Part shown: piece by piece, positions 63,085 through 64,000 of the stretch
Numbering within the stretch: position 1 is the stretch's first letter
Layout: each line of letters starts with the position of its first letter
The notes under the pieces: model-generated
What the model was told of the DNA's origin: nothing
Databases searched by the model: none
Seen by the model: the letters and a program-made list of their open reading frames with translations, nothing else
Position numbers and translations under genes: made by a program
DNA from: Lama guanicoe
Lineage: Eukaryota
Length of the DNA stretch: 64,000 nucleotides
Assembly: GCA_013239625.1 (NCBI GenBank)
Contig: MU056216.1
Coordinates: forward strand, 16,394,725 to 16,458,724
Direction: 5' to 3'

Positions 63085-63570
63085 TTTATTGGTCACCTGC
63101 TGCTACATAACAAATTACCTCAAACCTAACAGCTTAAAGACAACACGCCACCAGGGCCTCGGTTTCCTGTTCTCATCTGTCACCTCGGCTGGGACCGTCT
63201 GCTCCCTTGCTTGGTGTGAGTCGTTAGTGCTCAGTTCCTAGCAGAGGACCTGGAACCGGTGTCCAAGTTACAGCTGTTGGGCGGAGGGCAGCGGGGACTG
63301 CAGGTGCGGGGTCACATGTCACTGGCAGGCCCCTGGGACCTGGTCCTCAGCCCTCAGACCAGGCTCCTTCTCCTCATGGTGGGGTAACGGCTGGCGCTCG
63401 TGGTTGTCGAGAATGCTCGCTGAGGTTCCACAGACCCCCGAGACAGTCCCCTCAGTTTGTGTCCAGGAGAACAGAAGGGACGGGGGAGAGACTCTGCCTC
63501 TGGTGGGTGCTCTGTTCATCACGTCAGGAAAGGACAGTCAGCATCGAGACCTCACTGGCTGCTTCTAAAG
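63085..63570 (-). mobile_element. MaLR (MLT1-type) LTR remnant
   Basis: tgctgctacataacaaattacctcaaacctaacagcttaaagacaac...cacctcggctggg. Confidence 0.55.
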
Positions 63571-63730
63571 ACGATCACAGTTACTGTAATATTAGCAGCG
63601 TTCCAGTATTTCTTTCCTTGCCTGTGATAACAGCTTTACACCTTAGCCCAAAGAATCATTTAATAGATCTCATTTTCAGAAATACAGAATCAAATTTTAA
63701 TCAATAATTCAATTGTTTCTGGTTTTATAG

Positions 63731-64000
63731 GTTTATGAAAGCATAGTATGGACTGATATTTTCATTTCTATTTGCAAGAAAATGATCAATGGAATGAAAT
63801 AGTTGAAGTATAACAGAAGACATATTTTTTAAAAAGGAAACCTTTGTGAGACCGCTGGACCCACGGGAGCACCTCTCAGAGCGGGAAGACGCCTTAGCCT
63901 TAAATGAGCCCATTCGGTCGACGCTGACTTACAGCCACGAAAGTGACTCGGACTTGCTTTGGAAGTAACACTTACGGTTCCGACATGCTGTGACAGGAGC
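63731..64000 (+). other. ZDHHC20: ZDHHC20 terminal exon (3' UTR; codes GL* at 63731-63738 if exon 12 is skipped)
   Basis: Acceptor tttctggttttatag followed by GT TTA TGA, in phase with exon 11. Parallels the recalled human ...SGV* isoform. Confidence 0.8.

Noticed and set aside
1-64000. CRISPR-like arrays, operons or prokaryotic defence systems
   Set aside because: The sequence is mammalian intron-exon DNA. No regularly spaced repeat-spacer array or dense coding region was seen.

Overview
Mammalian genomic DNA from a draft assembly with 7 N-gaps. It is probably camelid, inferred from five copies of a tRNA-derived SINE resembling Vic-1. The + strand carries the last three coding exons of MICU2 (1985-4290) and almost all of ZDHHC20: a CpG-island promoter at about 15.0-15.95 kb, ATG at 15384, main stop at 62386 and the last exon starting at 63731. 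This MICU2 to ZDHHC20 order is the known conserved synteny. ZDHHC20 exons 3 and 7 are not visible; splice phases require them and they most likely lie in the N-gaps at 36629-36776 and 46056-46211. The rest is intronic or intergenic sequence with L1, L2, MIR, MLT/LTR, Tigger, Charlie and SINE remnants. I found no convincing new biological system. The best leads are (1) an upstream ATG that one extra copy of a 10-bp repeat would put in frame as a 66-aa N-terminal extension of ZDHHC20, (2) a 36-nt two-cysteine cassette exon, (3) alternative C-termini arranged to escape NMD, (4) sharp AT-to-GC shifted patches inside old repeats, and (5) a strong intergenic CTCF motif beside a G-rich minisatellite. 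Repeat family names and ortholog comparisons come from recalled sequences, not from database searches.
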